Shown in pieces: positions 46,425-55,211 of a stretch of DNA of 64,000 nt. The translations under genes were made by a program, and so were the position numbers. The notes under the pieces were generated by a model. It had not been told where the DNA came from. It made no database searches and saw only the letters and a program-made list of their open reading frames with translations. The DNA comes from Chloroflexota bacterium (GTDB lineage: Bacteria > Chloroflexota > UBA11872): NCBI GenBank assembly GCA_965262745.1, contig OZ253558.1, positions 1,858,494-1,922,493 of the forward strand, written 5' to 3'. The first letter of the stretch is position 1. Each line of letters begins with the position of its first letter.

Positions 46425-47576
46425 CTATTGGCTGCGGCCGCGGGCGGTGACGTGCCAGACGGCCTCAACGATACCGCCCCGGACGGCGAACGCATGATCG
46501 TAGAGGTTGACGCAGGGACAGATGTGGTTCGGGATGACGCGCAGCGTTTGGCCAATGGTGAAGACGCTGGCATCGGGCACGGCGATCACCCCGTGCTCGT
46601 CGGAAACGCTGGTGATGACGGCTTCCGGATGGCCCACCACGATGCCGTGCCCCGTGTTCGCGAGCACGCCGGGGCCCCGCCGGTCGGACGTGAGCGCCTT
46701 GGCGCCGGCGTCGATGACGGCGCGATCGGGCGCCGGCAGGTTCACCACCGTGGCCAGAACGCTGGCCGCGCACCATGCCGTATGCCCCAGGAGATGCGCG
46801 TGCGACGCGTCGTTGAACACGGCCGTGCCAGGGCGCAGCTCGTCAATCGGAGCATGGAACGACTCCAGCAGGAATGACGGCGAGGACCCAATGCTCACCT
46901 CGCACGGCGCCCCGGTGGCGGCCTGAATTGCCGCGGCGACGCTCGCCATCAACTGCTGCGCCTCCGCGGCGGCGGCGTGGACCCCGGCTGGATCGGCCGC
47001 CTGATAGTCGTGGCCCTCGTGGGTGTAGATGCCGCGGAGGTTCAGGCCCTCGGTGCGCTGGGTCTGATGCGCCAGCTCGACGGCGGCCGCGGCGGTCGTC
47101 ACGCCGGTGCGCTGCTGGCCGGTATCGATCTCGATGGCCACGTCGATGGTCGAATTGGCCGCCGCGAAGGCCGCGCCAAGCGCCCGCACGTGCTCGGCAT
47201 GATCGACGCCGATGGCGAGGCGGGTTCTGGCCGCGAGCTCGGCGAGGCGCCTCAGGCGGGTCGGCCCGACGACCTGGTTGGCGATGAAAATGTCGTCGAA
47301 GCCGGCGTCGGCGAAGGCCTCGGCCTCGCCGACCTTGGCGCAGCAGATTCCCTCGGCGCCCGCGAGCCGCAGACGCGCGGCGACCTCCACCATGCGGTGG
47401 GTCTTGACGTGCGGGCGCAGTCTGGCACCCGCCTTGCGCGCGCTTTCGACGAGGCGGGCGACGTTGGCGTCGAGCACCGCCACGTCGATCACCAGCGCTG
47501 GGGTTTCGAGGTCCTCCACGGCGCGCCCGATGGCGGCGGAAGGCTCCCGGCTCGAGAGCACGAGGTCGGACGTCAT
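46425..47576 (-). CDS. DSD1 / D-threonine aldolase-type PLP enzyme (alanine racemase N-terminal domain family)
   Basis: TPALVIDVAVLDANV...LRPHVKTHRM (PLP Lys) and a C-terminal beta-barrel domain. Only the part downstream of Met (MTSDLV) is coding. The upstream 297 aa of the 681-aa ORF is antisense to mmsA. Confidence 0.8.
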   Translation of the reverse strand: MTSDLVLSSREPSAAIGRAVEDLETPALVIDVAVLDANVARLVESARKAGARLRPHVKTHRMVEVAARLRLAGAEGICCAKVGEAEAFADAGFDDIFIANQVVGPTRLRRLAELAARTRLAIGVDHAEHVRALGAAFAAANSTIDVAIEIDTGQQRTGVTTAAAAVELAHQTQRTEGLNLRGIYTHEGHDYQAADPAGVHAAAAEAQQLMASVAAAIQAATGAPCEVSIGSSPSFLLESFHAPIDELRPGTAVFNDASHAHLLGHTAWCAASVLATVVNLPAPDRAVIDAGAKALTSDRRGPGVLANTGHGIVVGHPEAVITSVSDEHGVIAVPDASVFTIGQTLRVIPNHICPCVNLYDHAFAVRGGIVEAVWHVTARGRSQ

Positions 47577-47745
47577 GTAAGTACGGCGCGGTCCTGCGCT
47601 GGGGTCAGTGTACGTCCGGCGGCGACTCGGCCGCAGGGGTTGAGCGCCCACGAGGGGCGCCCCTACGGGGGCGGCCGATGTCGTACCGTGCCACACGGGC
47701 AGCAGGAGTCGTGCGAACGTCACGGCAGTCGGAGGGTGTGCCGCT

Positions 47746-49236
47746 ATGAGCTCTGACGTGAGGCAGCTGGGCAACTGGATCAACGGCGAGTGGGTCGACT
47801 CATCCAGCGGCGAGCGCCTCGACGTGGACAACCCGGCGACGGGCGAGGTGATTGCAACTCTTCCGCTCTCGACCGGTGATGAGATCGACGCGGCCGTGCA
47901 AGCGGCGCAGGCGGCCTTCCCCGCCTGGCGCGACACGCCGGCGGTGGACCGGGGGCGGGTGCTCTTCCGTCTGCACGCGCTGATGCAGGAGCGATTCGAG
48001 GAGCTTTCGCGCACCGTCACCATTGAGAACGGCAAGACGCTGGACGAGGCGCGCGGCGAGGTCTTGCGGGCCGTCGAAAACGTCGAGTTGGCGGCGGGCA
48101 TCCCGACCTTGCAGCAAGGCTCGTTCTCCAACGACATTTCGGCGGCCATCGACGAGCACTCGATCCGCGAGCCGCTGGGGGTGTTTGCGCAGATCGGCCC
48201 CTTCAACTTTCCGGCGATGGTTCCCTTCTGGTTCGCCCCGATGGCGGTGGCGTGCGGCAACACGTTCGTGACCAAGCCCTCCCAGCGGACGCCGCTGAGC
48301 CAGACGCTGCTCACGGAGCTCACGGCCGAGGCGGGATTTCCGCCGGGCGTGATGAACCTGGTGCACGGCGCCGGCGACCAGGCGCAGGCGCTGAGCGGCC
48401 ATCCCGGCGTGGCCGGGGTGTCATTCGTGGGCTCGACGCCGGTGGCGCGCGCCGTGTACGAGACGGCCACTGGTCAGGGCAAGCGAGCGCAGTGCCAGGG
48501 CGGAGCCAAGAATCACCTGGTGGTGATGCCGGACGCCGAGTTGGACGCCGCCATTCCCAATATCTGCGGCTCAACCTTCGGCTGCGCCGGTCAGCGGTGC
48601 CTGGCCGGGTCGGTGGTGGTGACGGTTGGCAGCGTGCGCGACGAACTGACGGCGCGGCTGGTCGAAGCCTCCGCGTCATTTCGTCTGGGCGACGGGCTCG
48701 ATCCCGCCAGCGGCATGGGTCCGGTGATTTCAGCCGAGTCCCGCGACCGGGCGTTCGCGTACATCGATCGGGCGGTCGCCGACGGCGCGCAACTGCTGCT
48801 GGACGGGCGCGGCGCGACGGTGGATCACCTGCCGGGCGGCTATTGGGTGGGTCCAACGGTTATCCACGAGGTGACCCCGGACATGGCGGTGGCCCGCGAC
48901 GAGATTTTCGGGCCGGTCGTGAGCGTGATGCACGCTGACACCCTGCAGGACGCCATCGACATGGTCGAGGCCAGCCCGTTTGGAAACGCGGCCACGCTCT
49001 ACACGAACAGCGGCGGGGCGGCCCGTGAGTTCGCGCGGCAGGTGAACGTCGGCAGCGTGGGGATCAACGTTGGCGTAGCGGCCCCGATGGCCTTCTTTCC
49101 CTTCGGCGGGCGCAAGGAGTCCTTCTTCGGAGACATTCACGCCCAGTCCAACGAATTGGTGCGGTTCTACACGGACCCGAAGGTCGTCATCACGCGATGG
49201 CCCGGCAAATCGGACGGGCGCGACCCGTGGGACTGA
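47746..49236 (+). CDS. mmsA: CoA-acylating methylmalonate-semialdehyde dehydrogenase (aldehyde dehydrogenase family)
   Basis: NWINGEWVDS start, FNFPAMVPFW, the catalytic Cys context GQRCLAGS, and ending ITRWP. Confidence 0.85.
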   Translation: MSSDVRQLGNWINGEWVDSSSGERLDVDNPATGEVIATLPLSTGDEIDAAVQAAQAAFPAWRDTPAVDRGRVLFRLHALMQERFEELSRTVTIENGKTLDEARGEVLRAVENVELAAGIPTLQQGSFSNDISAAIDEHSIREPLGVFAQIGPFNFPAMVPFWFAPMAVACGNTFVTKPSQRTPLSQTLLTELTAEAGFPPGVMNLVHGAGDQAQALSGHPGVAGVSFVGSTPVARAVYETATGQGKRAQCQGGAKNHLVVMPDAELDAAIPNICGSTFGCAGQRCLAGSVVVTVGSVRDELTARLVEASASFRLGDGLDPASGMGPVISAESRDRAFAYIDRAVADGAQLLLDGRGATVDHLPGGYWVGPTVIHEVTPDMAVARDEIFGPVVSVMHADTLQDAIDMVEASPFGNAATLYTNSGGAAREFARQVNVGSVGINVGVAAPMAFFPFGGRKESFFGDIHAQSNELVRFYTDPKVVITRWPGKSDGRDPWD

Positions 49237-49257
49237 GCGACTACCAGGAGCAACTCG

Positions 49258-49932
49258 ATGGCGCATGAGTACCGCCATTCCGGCGAACGACACATACGCG
49301 ACAGCGCGTATCTGGAGCGCATCCATCCGGACGTCGCTCCCGTGCTGCTCGACATGGAGGCGGAGGCCGAGCGCGACGGCTTGCCGATTACCGAGCGGCC
49401 GAGCACGCGCCTGCTGTCGCTGGTCGTGCGCGCGATGGGCGCGCGGCGCGCGCTCGAGATCGGAACCAACATCGGCTACTCGGCCATCGCAATTGCCTCG
49501 GCCCTGGCCGAGGGCGGCGAGCTGCTGACGCTCGACATCGACCCGGAGATGCACGCGCGAGCGCGCGTCAACCTGGACCGGGCCGGCGTCGGCGACCGCG
49601 TGAGGCTTATCACCGGATCGGCGCTCGACACGCTGCCGGGGATCGCCGGGCCGTTCGACTTTGCCTACATCGACGCCGACAAGTCGTCCTATCCGCAATA
49701 CCTCGATGCCGTGATCGAGCGGCTGCGGCCGGGGGGCGTGGTGGCCCTGGACAACCTGCTTTGGCTAGGCCAGGCGGCGCACGAGCCGGAGGACAGCGAC
49801 TTTAGTCGCGAGTCGACGCCGATCATCCGCGTCTTCAACGAGGCTTTCCTGGCGGATGCGCGGCTCGACGCCACCATCGTGCAGGTCGGCGACGGGATCG
49901 GGCTGGGCGTGAAGCGACACGCAATTGACTGA
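49258..49932 (+). CDS. Class I SAM-dependent O-methyltransferase (caffeoyl-CoA OMT-like)
   Basis: ALEIGTNIGYSAIAIA SAM motif, LTLDIDPE, and FDFAYIDADKSSYPQY. Confidence 0.8.
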   Translation: MAHEYRHSGERHIRDSAYLERIHPDVAPVLLDMEAEAERDGLPITERPSTRLLSLVVRAMGARRALEIGTNIGYSAIAIASALAEGGELLTLDIDPEMHARARVNLDRAGVGDRVRLITGSALDTLPGIAGPFDFAYIDADKSSYPQYLDAVIERLRPGGVVALDNLLWLGQAAHEPEDSDFSRESTPIIRVFNEAFLADARLDATIVQVGDGIGLGVKRHAID

Positions 49933-49970
49933 TACCGGCAGGACACGTAGCGTCACGCCGCAGAACGTGC

Positions 49971-50744
49971 GTGCGTAAGGGAACCACCCAGATGTTGAAC
50001 AACCGTGCGAAGCAGCGGATCACGAGCGGCCAGGTGGCGCTCGGCGTCAGCTGCGGGCTGGGTGCGCCCTATATCGCCGAAGTGCTGGCGGGCGCCGGTT
50101 TCGACTGGGTCCTGATCGACAACCAGCACGGGATGTGGGACCGGCAGTCGTCGGCCCTGGCCATGATGGGCGTGCGAGCCGGCGGGTCTACCGCCGTGGT
50201 GCGCGCGCCCGAAAACGACTACTACGCCATTGGCCGACTGCTGGACGAGGGCGCACTGGGCGTGATCGTGCCGATGGTGGAGAACCGCGCGGAAGCGGAG
50301 CAGGTGGTCCGCGCCAGCCGCTATCCGCCCATCGGCGGCCGGTCGGACGGCGTGAGCGGCGCGGGCATCTACGGCCCGAGCTATCGCGAGCGGGCCAACG
50401 ACGAGATTCTCGTGGCGATCCAGCTCGAATCGCGCACGGCCATCGACAATGCGGACGAGATCATGTCGGTGGAGGGCGTCGACGCCTGCTGGCTCGGGCC
50501 GGCTGACCTGGCCAACTCGCTGGGGCACGCGCGCAATACGCCCGAGCATGACGCGGCGGTCAACGAAATGATCGCGGCCTGTAAGCGGCACGGAAAGGCC
50601 GCCGGCATAGCCGGCGGCAGCGTGGAGCAGGTCGAGAAGTGGGTGGCGGCCGGATGCACATTCATCAGCGCCGGCGGTGACAAGATCTACCTCGGCGGCG
50701 GCGCGGCGGCGGAGTTCAACGCACTCGCAGGTCTGCGGGAGTAG
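49971..50744 (+). CDS. HpcH/HpaI family aldolase, copy 1
   Basis: GFDWVLIDNQHG, VVRAP, GVIVPMVEN and RYPPIGGRS. The start may instead be the Met at 49992. Confidence 0.8.
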   Translation: MRKGTTQMLNNRAKQRITSGQVALGVSCGLGAPYIAEVLAGAGFDWVLIDNQHGMWDRQSSALAMMGVRAGGSTAVVRAPENDYYAIGRLLDEGALGVIVPMVENRAEAEQVVRASRYPPIGGRSDGVSGAGIYGPSYRERANDEILVAIQLESRTAIDNADEIMSVEGVDACWLGPADLANSLGHARNTPEHDAAVNEMIAACKRHGKAAGIAGGSVEQVEKWVAAGCTFISAGGDKIYLGGGAAAEFNALAGLRE

Positions 50745-50750
50745 CTCGCC

Positions 50751-51533
50751 ATGGCGCGCATCGACTCGTTGACCAATCCCGTGAAGGCAAAGCTGCGCCG
50801 CGGCGAGGTCGCTCTGGGCGTGGGGAGCACGCTCGGCAGTCCAAATATCGTGGAGCTGCTCGCGCGCCAGGGGTTCGACTGGGTGCTGATCGACAACCAG
50901 CACGGCACCTGGGAGCGGGAGTCCACGTCCAGGGCGTTCATGGCGGCGAGGGCCGGGGGCGCGGTGCCCATCCCCCGAGTGCTCAGCAGCGAGTTCACGG
51001 CCATCGGGCGGCTGCTCGACGAGGGCCCCTTGGGCATCATCGTTCCCATGGTGGATTCTCCCGAGGAAGCGGAACAGGTGGTGCATGCCTGCCGCTATCC
51101 GCCCGCCGGCGGACGGTCGATCGGCGCGTCGGGGGCGATTGCCCACGGGCTGGACTACATGAGCCGCATCAACGACGAGTTGCTCATCATCGTGCAGATC
51201 GAGTCCAAGCGAGCCGCCGAGGCGGCCGACGAAATCATGGCGGTTGAGGGGGTCGACGGCACGTGGGTCGGTCCAGCCGACCTTGCGGCATCGATCGGAC
51301 ACGCGCAGGGCAGCGCCGAGCACACAGATACCGTTCTTGGCGTGTTCGAGGCCTGCCGCCGCCAGGGCAAGGTTCCGGGAATCTCCGGCGGGCCGGTGGA
51401 TTCCGCGAAGCGCTGGATCGAGCATGGCGCGCGCTTCGTGACCGTCGGCGCGGACGTGCTGTACCTGCTGCAGGGCGCGCAGGCCGAGCTCGAGGCCTTC
51501 GGACGGACGCCCGGCTTGGGCGACTGGTCCTAG
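50751..51533 (+). CDS. HpcH/HpaI family aldolase, copy 2
   Basis: Same motifs (GFDWVLIDNQHG, GIIVPMVDS, RYPPAGGRS). Starts 6 nt after copy 1. Confidence 0.8.
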   Translation: MARIDSLTNPVKAKLRRGEVALGVGSTLGSPNIVELLARQGFDWVLIDNQHGTWERESTSRAFMAARAGGAVPIPRVLSSEFTAIGRLLDEGPLGIIVPMVDSPEEAEQVVHACRYPPAGGRSIGASGAIAHGLDYMSRINDELLIIVQIESKRAAEAADEIMAVEGVDGTWVGPADLAASIGHAQGSAEHTDTVLGVFEACRRQGKVPGISGGPVDSAKRWIEHGARFVTVGADVLYLLQGAQAELEAFGRTPGLGDWS

Positions 51534-52508
51534 CTAGGGAATCAGCAGCAGCTTCCCGGTCGTGGCGCGGCCTTCCAGGTCGGTGTGGGCTTGCGCGGCG
51601 TCGGACAGGGCGTATTCGCCGTGGATCTTGACGTCAAGCGAGCCGTCGGCGACCCAGCGCAGGACGGACGAGGTGCGCCAGTCGAACTCTTCGCCTGAAG
51701 CCAAGTAGTGCCCGAGGCTCGGGCGCGCCAGAAACAGGGATCCCTTCTGGTTGAGCGTCTGCGGATTGAGCGACGGCACCGGGCCGCTGGCGGCGCCGAA
51801 GAGCACCATGTAGCCGCGCGGCTTGAGGCAGTCGAGCCCGCGATCAAACGTCGCCTTCCCAACCCCGTCGTAGACGACGTCCACGCCGACCCCATCGGTG
51901 AGCGCGCGGACGATCGGTAGGAAATCGACTTCCGCATAGTTGATGACGTGATCCGCGCCCACGTCACGCGCAATCTCCGCTTTGGCGTCCGTGCCCACGG
52001 TCGCGATGACCTTCGCGCCCGCTTTCTTGGCCATTTGAATGATCAGGCGACCGGCGCCGCCGGCGCCGGCGTGCACGAGCGCGGTGTGGCCGGCGCGCAG
52101 CGGGAACGTCGAGCTCGTGAGGTAGTGCGCGGTGGCGCCCTGGAGCATCACCGCGGCGGCCGTGCGGGTGTCCAGCGCTTCCGGAACGCGCACCAGCCGG
52201 TCGGCGGCCACGGCCTGCAGCTCAGCATAGGCGCCGAGCTCGGTGCCATGCGCGACGCGATCGCCGCGCTCAAGCGTGGTCACATCGGCCCCCACGTCCT
52301 CGACGACGCCGGCGCCTTCCATGCCCAGCGTGAACGGCGGGTCGAGCGGGTAGCTGCCCGTGCGTTGATAGGTGTCGATGAAGTTCACCCCCGCGGCTTC
52401 CATCCGCACGACGACCTCGTTCGGCGCGGGCGTCGGGTCCGGGATGTCCTCGTAGGTCAGCGCCTCAATTCCTCCGGGCGTGTGGACGCGCATGGCTTTC
52501 ATGGGCAA
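51534..52508 (-). CDS. NADPH:quinone oxidoreductase (zinc-independent MDR family)
   Basis: MKAMRVHTPGG start, VNFIDTYQRTG, and the cofactor motif VHAGAGGAG. Confidence 0.85.
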   Translation of the reverse strand: MPMKAMRVHTPGGIEALTYEDIPDPTPAPNEVVVRMEAAGVNFIDTYQRTGSYPLDPPFTLGMEGAGVVEDVGADVTTLERGDRVAHGTELGAYAELQAVAADRLVRVPEALDTRTAAAVMLQGATAHYLTSSTFPLRAGHTALVHAGAGGAGRLIIQMAKKAGAKVIATVGTDAKAEIARDVGADHVINYAEVDFLPIVRALTDGVGVDVVYDGVGKATFDRGLDCLKPRGYMVLFGAASGPVPSLNPQTLNQKGSLFLARPSLGHYLASGEEFDWRTSSVLRWVADGSLDVKIHGEYALSDAAQAHTDLEGRATTGKLLLIP

Positions 52509-52539
52509 GTTCTCCAGGATGGGAAAACGCCAGCATAGG

Positions 52540-53808
52540 ATGCAGCGGTGTGGGGTTGGGCGCGCGTGGCTTATATTTCGGCCCGTGCGCTCCCCCGACG
52601 TGCTCGCAACAGTCCGCCGGCTGATCCCCGGCGTGTACGCCCCAGCGTTCCTGATGTTCTTTGGCGTAGGGATGCTGTTGCCAACGCTGCCGCTGTTCGC
52701 GGCGGAACTGGGCGTGAACTACACCCTGGTCACGCTGGCGGTGGCGGTGACCGGGCTGGGGACGCTGCTGTGGAACGTGCCGGCCGGCCTGCTGCAAGCG
52801 CGCTGGAGCGAGCAGCGGGCGGCGATTGTGGGCGTGCTGGTCGTGGCGGCGGCGACCCTGGCGCTGGGATTCACGCGCGACTATGCGCTGGTGGTGGTCT
52901 TCCGGGCGCTGGCGGGAATCGGGACGGCGACGTGGACGATCTCGCGCATGGCGCATCTCGTGGCCACAGTGCCGCAGCATCACCGTGGGCGGGCGATGTC
53001 CCTGTTCGGCGGGATCATGCGCATCAGCATATTTCCGAGCCCCGCCGTGGGCGGCTGGATAGCCGAGAACGTGAGCTTCGAAGCGTCGTTCCTGGTGGCC
53101 GGCCTGATCACCTGCACCGGCGCGCTGCCGCTGCTGCTGATGCGGCACCGCGTCGAGCGGCCCATGGGCAGCATTCCGGTCACGCGCGCGGCGCCGTCGA
53201 GCCTCTTGGCCATGCTGCGGTCGCACCGCCGCGATCTCGCGACCGCCGGCACCGGCCACGTGCTCGGATCGGCCGTGCGCGCGGGGCGCCAGGTGATCAT
53301 CCCGATCTACGCCGCGTTCGTCCTCGACCTGGATGCAGCCGCGGTCGGCGTGGCGGTGAGCGCTTCGGCGGCCATCGACATGACGCTGTTCCCGATTGCC
53401 GGATATGTGATGGATCGGTACGGCCGCAAGTTCACCAATGCCCCCTCCATGGTGATGCTCGGGCTATCCATGGCCGTGCTGCCGCTGGCGCAGGACCTCA
53501 CGGGACTCATCGTCGTGGCGCTCTTTGCCGGCGTGGCGAATGGGTGGGGGTCGGGCGCGATGCTCACCCTGGGGACCGACCTTGCCCCGCGCGAGTCGCC
53601 GGGCCCGTTCCTCGGCATATGGCAGCTCATGGGCAACTCGGGAATGACCGCCGGGCCGCTGATGGTCGGCGTCGTGTCGGATGCAGCCGGTCCGGAGGTG
53701 GCGCCGTACTACCTCGCGGCGGTGGGGATCGCCAGCGGGCTGATCTTCTGGCTGCTGGTGCGCGAAACCCACCGCCCCCGGGAACAGCCGGCCGCGGCGT
53801 CCCCGTAG
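52540..53808 (+). CDS. MFS transporter
   Basis: About 12 TM segments. MFS loop-like signatures: GRAMSLFG and MDRYGRK. Start chosen downstream of the divergent QOR start and is uncertain. Confidence 0.7.
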   Translation: MQRCGVGRAWLIFRPVRSPDVLATVRRLIPGVYAPAFLMFFGVGMLLPTLPLFAAELGVNYTLVTLAVAVTGLGTLLWNVPAGLLQARWSEQRAAIVGVLVVAAATLALGFTRDYALVVVFRALAGIGTATWTISRMAHLVATVPQHHRGRAMSLFGGIMRISIFPSPAVGGWIAENVSFEASFLVAGLITCTGALPLLLMRHRVERPMGSIPVTRAAPSSLLAMLRSHRRDLATAGTGHVLGSAVRAGRQVIIPIYAAFVLDLDAAAVGVAVSASAAIDMTLFPIAGYVMDRYGRKFTNAPSMVMLGLSMAVLPLAQDLTGLIVVALFAGVANGWGSGAMLTLGTDLAPRESPGPFLGIWQLMGNSGMTAGPLMVGVVSDAAGPEVAPYYLAAVGIASGLIFWLLVRETHRPREQPAAASP

Positions 53809-53880
53809 CCTAGCGAGGTTTGCGTCACCCGGTCAGGTAAAGGGTGTCCGGGGAGACGCCTACGCGGGGCCAGGTTGAGT

Positions 53881-53970
53881 GGGGCCTGGATTCCCGCTTC
53901 CGCGGGAATGACGAACTGGGGGGGGCGGGAATGACGAACTGGGGGCGGGAATGACGATGGGCTACGCAAG
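53881..53970. repeat. Family B intergenic repeat with palindrome ATTCCCGC-TTCC-GCGGGAAT and 2.5 tandem CGGGAATGACGAACTGGGGG units
   Basis: Read directly from the sequence. Both ends (ggggcctggattcc / gggctacgcaag) match 32558-32629. Confidence 0.85.
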
Positions 53971-53979
53971 CGTCTCTGG

Positions 53980-55086
53980 CTACGTGGGTATCACGGCGGC
54001 GTGGCGGGAGGACATGCGCTCAAGACGCTCCGGGTCGGGTTCGGGGAGGCCCTCGGTGGCCGGCGCGAAGGTCAGATCGGGCTCGAGCTCCAAGGCGGGC
54101 TCCGCCAAATCCTGTCGATAAAACTTCGACGATGGGAACAAGTCGCCGGGATAGGTGAAGTTGGGCAGCGTGGCCAGCTCCACGCACAGCGCGGCGCCCA
54201 CGGAGCTTTCAAGCATCCCGCCGATCCACACCGGAATGCCGCTATCCCGGCAGACATCATGCATCGCGACCGAGTTGGTAAACCCGCCGGCGCGGCCGGG
54301 CTTGATGTTGACGTAGTGGCAGGCGCCGATCTGGATGGCCTGGCGCACCATGTCGAGGTCGCGCGCGGATTCGTCGAGGCATATGGGCGTGTCGATCTTG
54401 CGCGCCAACTCCGCGTGATCGAGGATGTCGTTCCAGCCGAGCGGCTGCTCGATGAAGGCCAGCCCCAGATCGTCAATCGCCTCGAAGGTGGCGAGGTCGT
54501 CGAGGGTATAGCCGGCGTTGCAGTCAATGTGGATGAGGTGATTCGGGAAGGCTGAGCGCACGGCGCGGAGCATGTCGACGTCCCAGCCCGGCCGCACCTT
54601 GAGCTTGGTGCGCGGGAAGCCGGCGTCGACGGCCTGCTGCATGTTGGCCAGGAGCATGTCGATCGAGTCCTGCACGCCAAAGTCGGCACCGGCAATGACC
54701 GGGCGCGTCTGGCCGCCGAGCAGGCGGTGGACCGGCGTGCCGGTGATCTTGCTCTCCAGGGTCCACCAGCACAGCTCGATCGCCGCCTTGGCGAATCCGT
54801 TGCCCTTGGCGAAGGCGAGCCGATCATGGAGGTCCTGGGCGGTCTCGTAGTCGCGCCCCACTACGTGCGGCCCGAATACCTCGGCCACCAGGTAGAACAC
54901 GCCGCCGGCGCACTCGGCTACGTAGTGCGGGGCGAAGAAGGGCGTCGCCTCGGCCCAGGCCTCGCATTCGCCGCTGGTGGCCTTCACGAGCACCGAGTCG
55001 ATGTCGTGGTCTTCCCCGTAGGCGGTGCGCCAAGGGTAGATGAGCGGCATTCGAACGTAGTAAACGTCCAAGCGGTCAATGCGCAT
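53980..55086 (-). CDS. Enolase-superfamily enzyme, o-succinylbenzoate synthase / N-acylamino-acid racemase subgroup
   Basis: MRIDRLDVYYVRMPL start, KxK (TKLKV), metal ligands in IDCNAGY / IEQP / LDES, and a second Lys in NIKPGR. The ORF-track start at 55329 overlaps the MMPL gene. Confidence 0.85.
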   Translation of the reverse strand: MRIDRLDVYYVRMPLIYPWRTAYGEDHDIDSVLVKATSGECEAWAEATPFFAPHYVAECAGGVFYLVAEVFGPHVVGRDYETAQDLHDRLAFAKGNGFAKAAIELCWWTLESKITGTPVHRLLGGQTRPVIAGADFGVQDSIDMLLANMQQAVDAGFPRTKLKVRPGWDVDMLRAVRSAFPNHLIHIDCNAGYTLDDLATFEAIDDLGLAFIEQPLGWNDILDHAELARKIDTPICLDESARDLDMVRQAIQIGACHYVNIKPGRAGGFTNSVAMHDVCRDSGIPVWIGGMLESSVGAALCVELATLPNFTYPGDLFPSSKFYRQDLAEPALELEPDLTFAPATEGLPEPDPERLERMSSRHAAVIPT

Positions 55087-55211
55087 GCAGGCCTCCTCCT
55101 CCGGCATGGTGACGGGGCGGCGCTCGCGATGCAATAGCGGCACGGCGACGGGATCGGGCAGGCCACGCCAGTCGGGCCGCGGGCGGCGGAGCAACCGATG
55201 CGAAGGACGAG

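Noticed and set aside
47577-48470. N-terminal 297 aa of the 681-aa minus-strand ORF 46425..48470
   Set aside because: This part is antisense to mmsA and low in complexity. The PLP-enzyme homology begins only at the internal Met (MTSDLV, start 47576).
49953-51425. 490-aa minus-strand ORF
   Set aside because: It spans both HpcH aldolase genes on the opposite strand. The plus-strand genes carry family motifs, while this frame is a low-complexity Arg/His/Gly/Asp sequence.
52548-53813. 421-aa plus-strand ORF in an alternative frame of the MFS gene
   Set aside because: It is an Arg/Gly/Ala/Pro-rich frame overlapping the real MFS frame, which has the hydrophobic periodicity.
53901-53958. Possible mini-CRISPR from the repeated cgggaatgacgaactggggg units
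   Set aside because: There are only about 2.5 directly abutting units with no unique spacers, the unit is too short, and there are no cas genes. It is better explained as a tandem expansion within the family B repeat.
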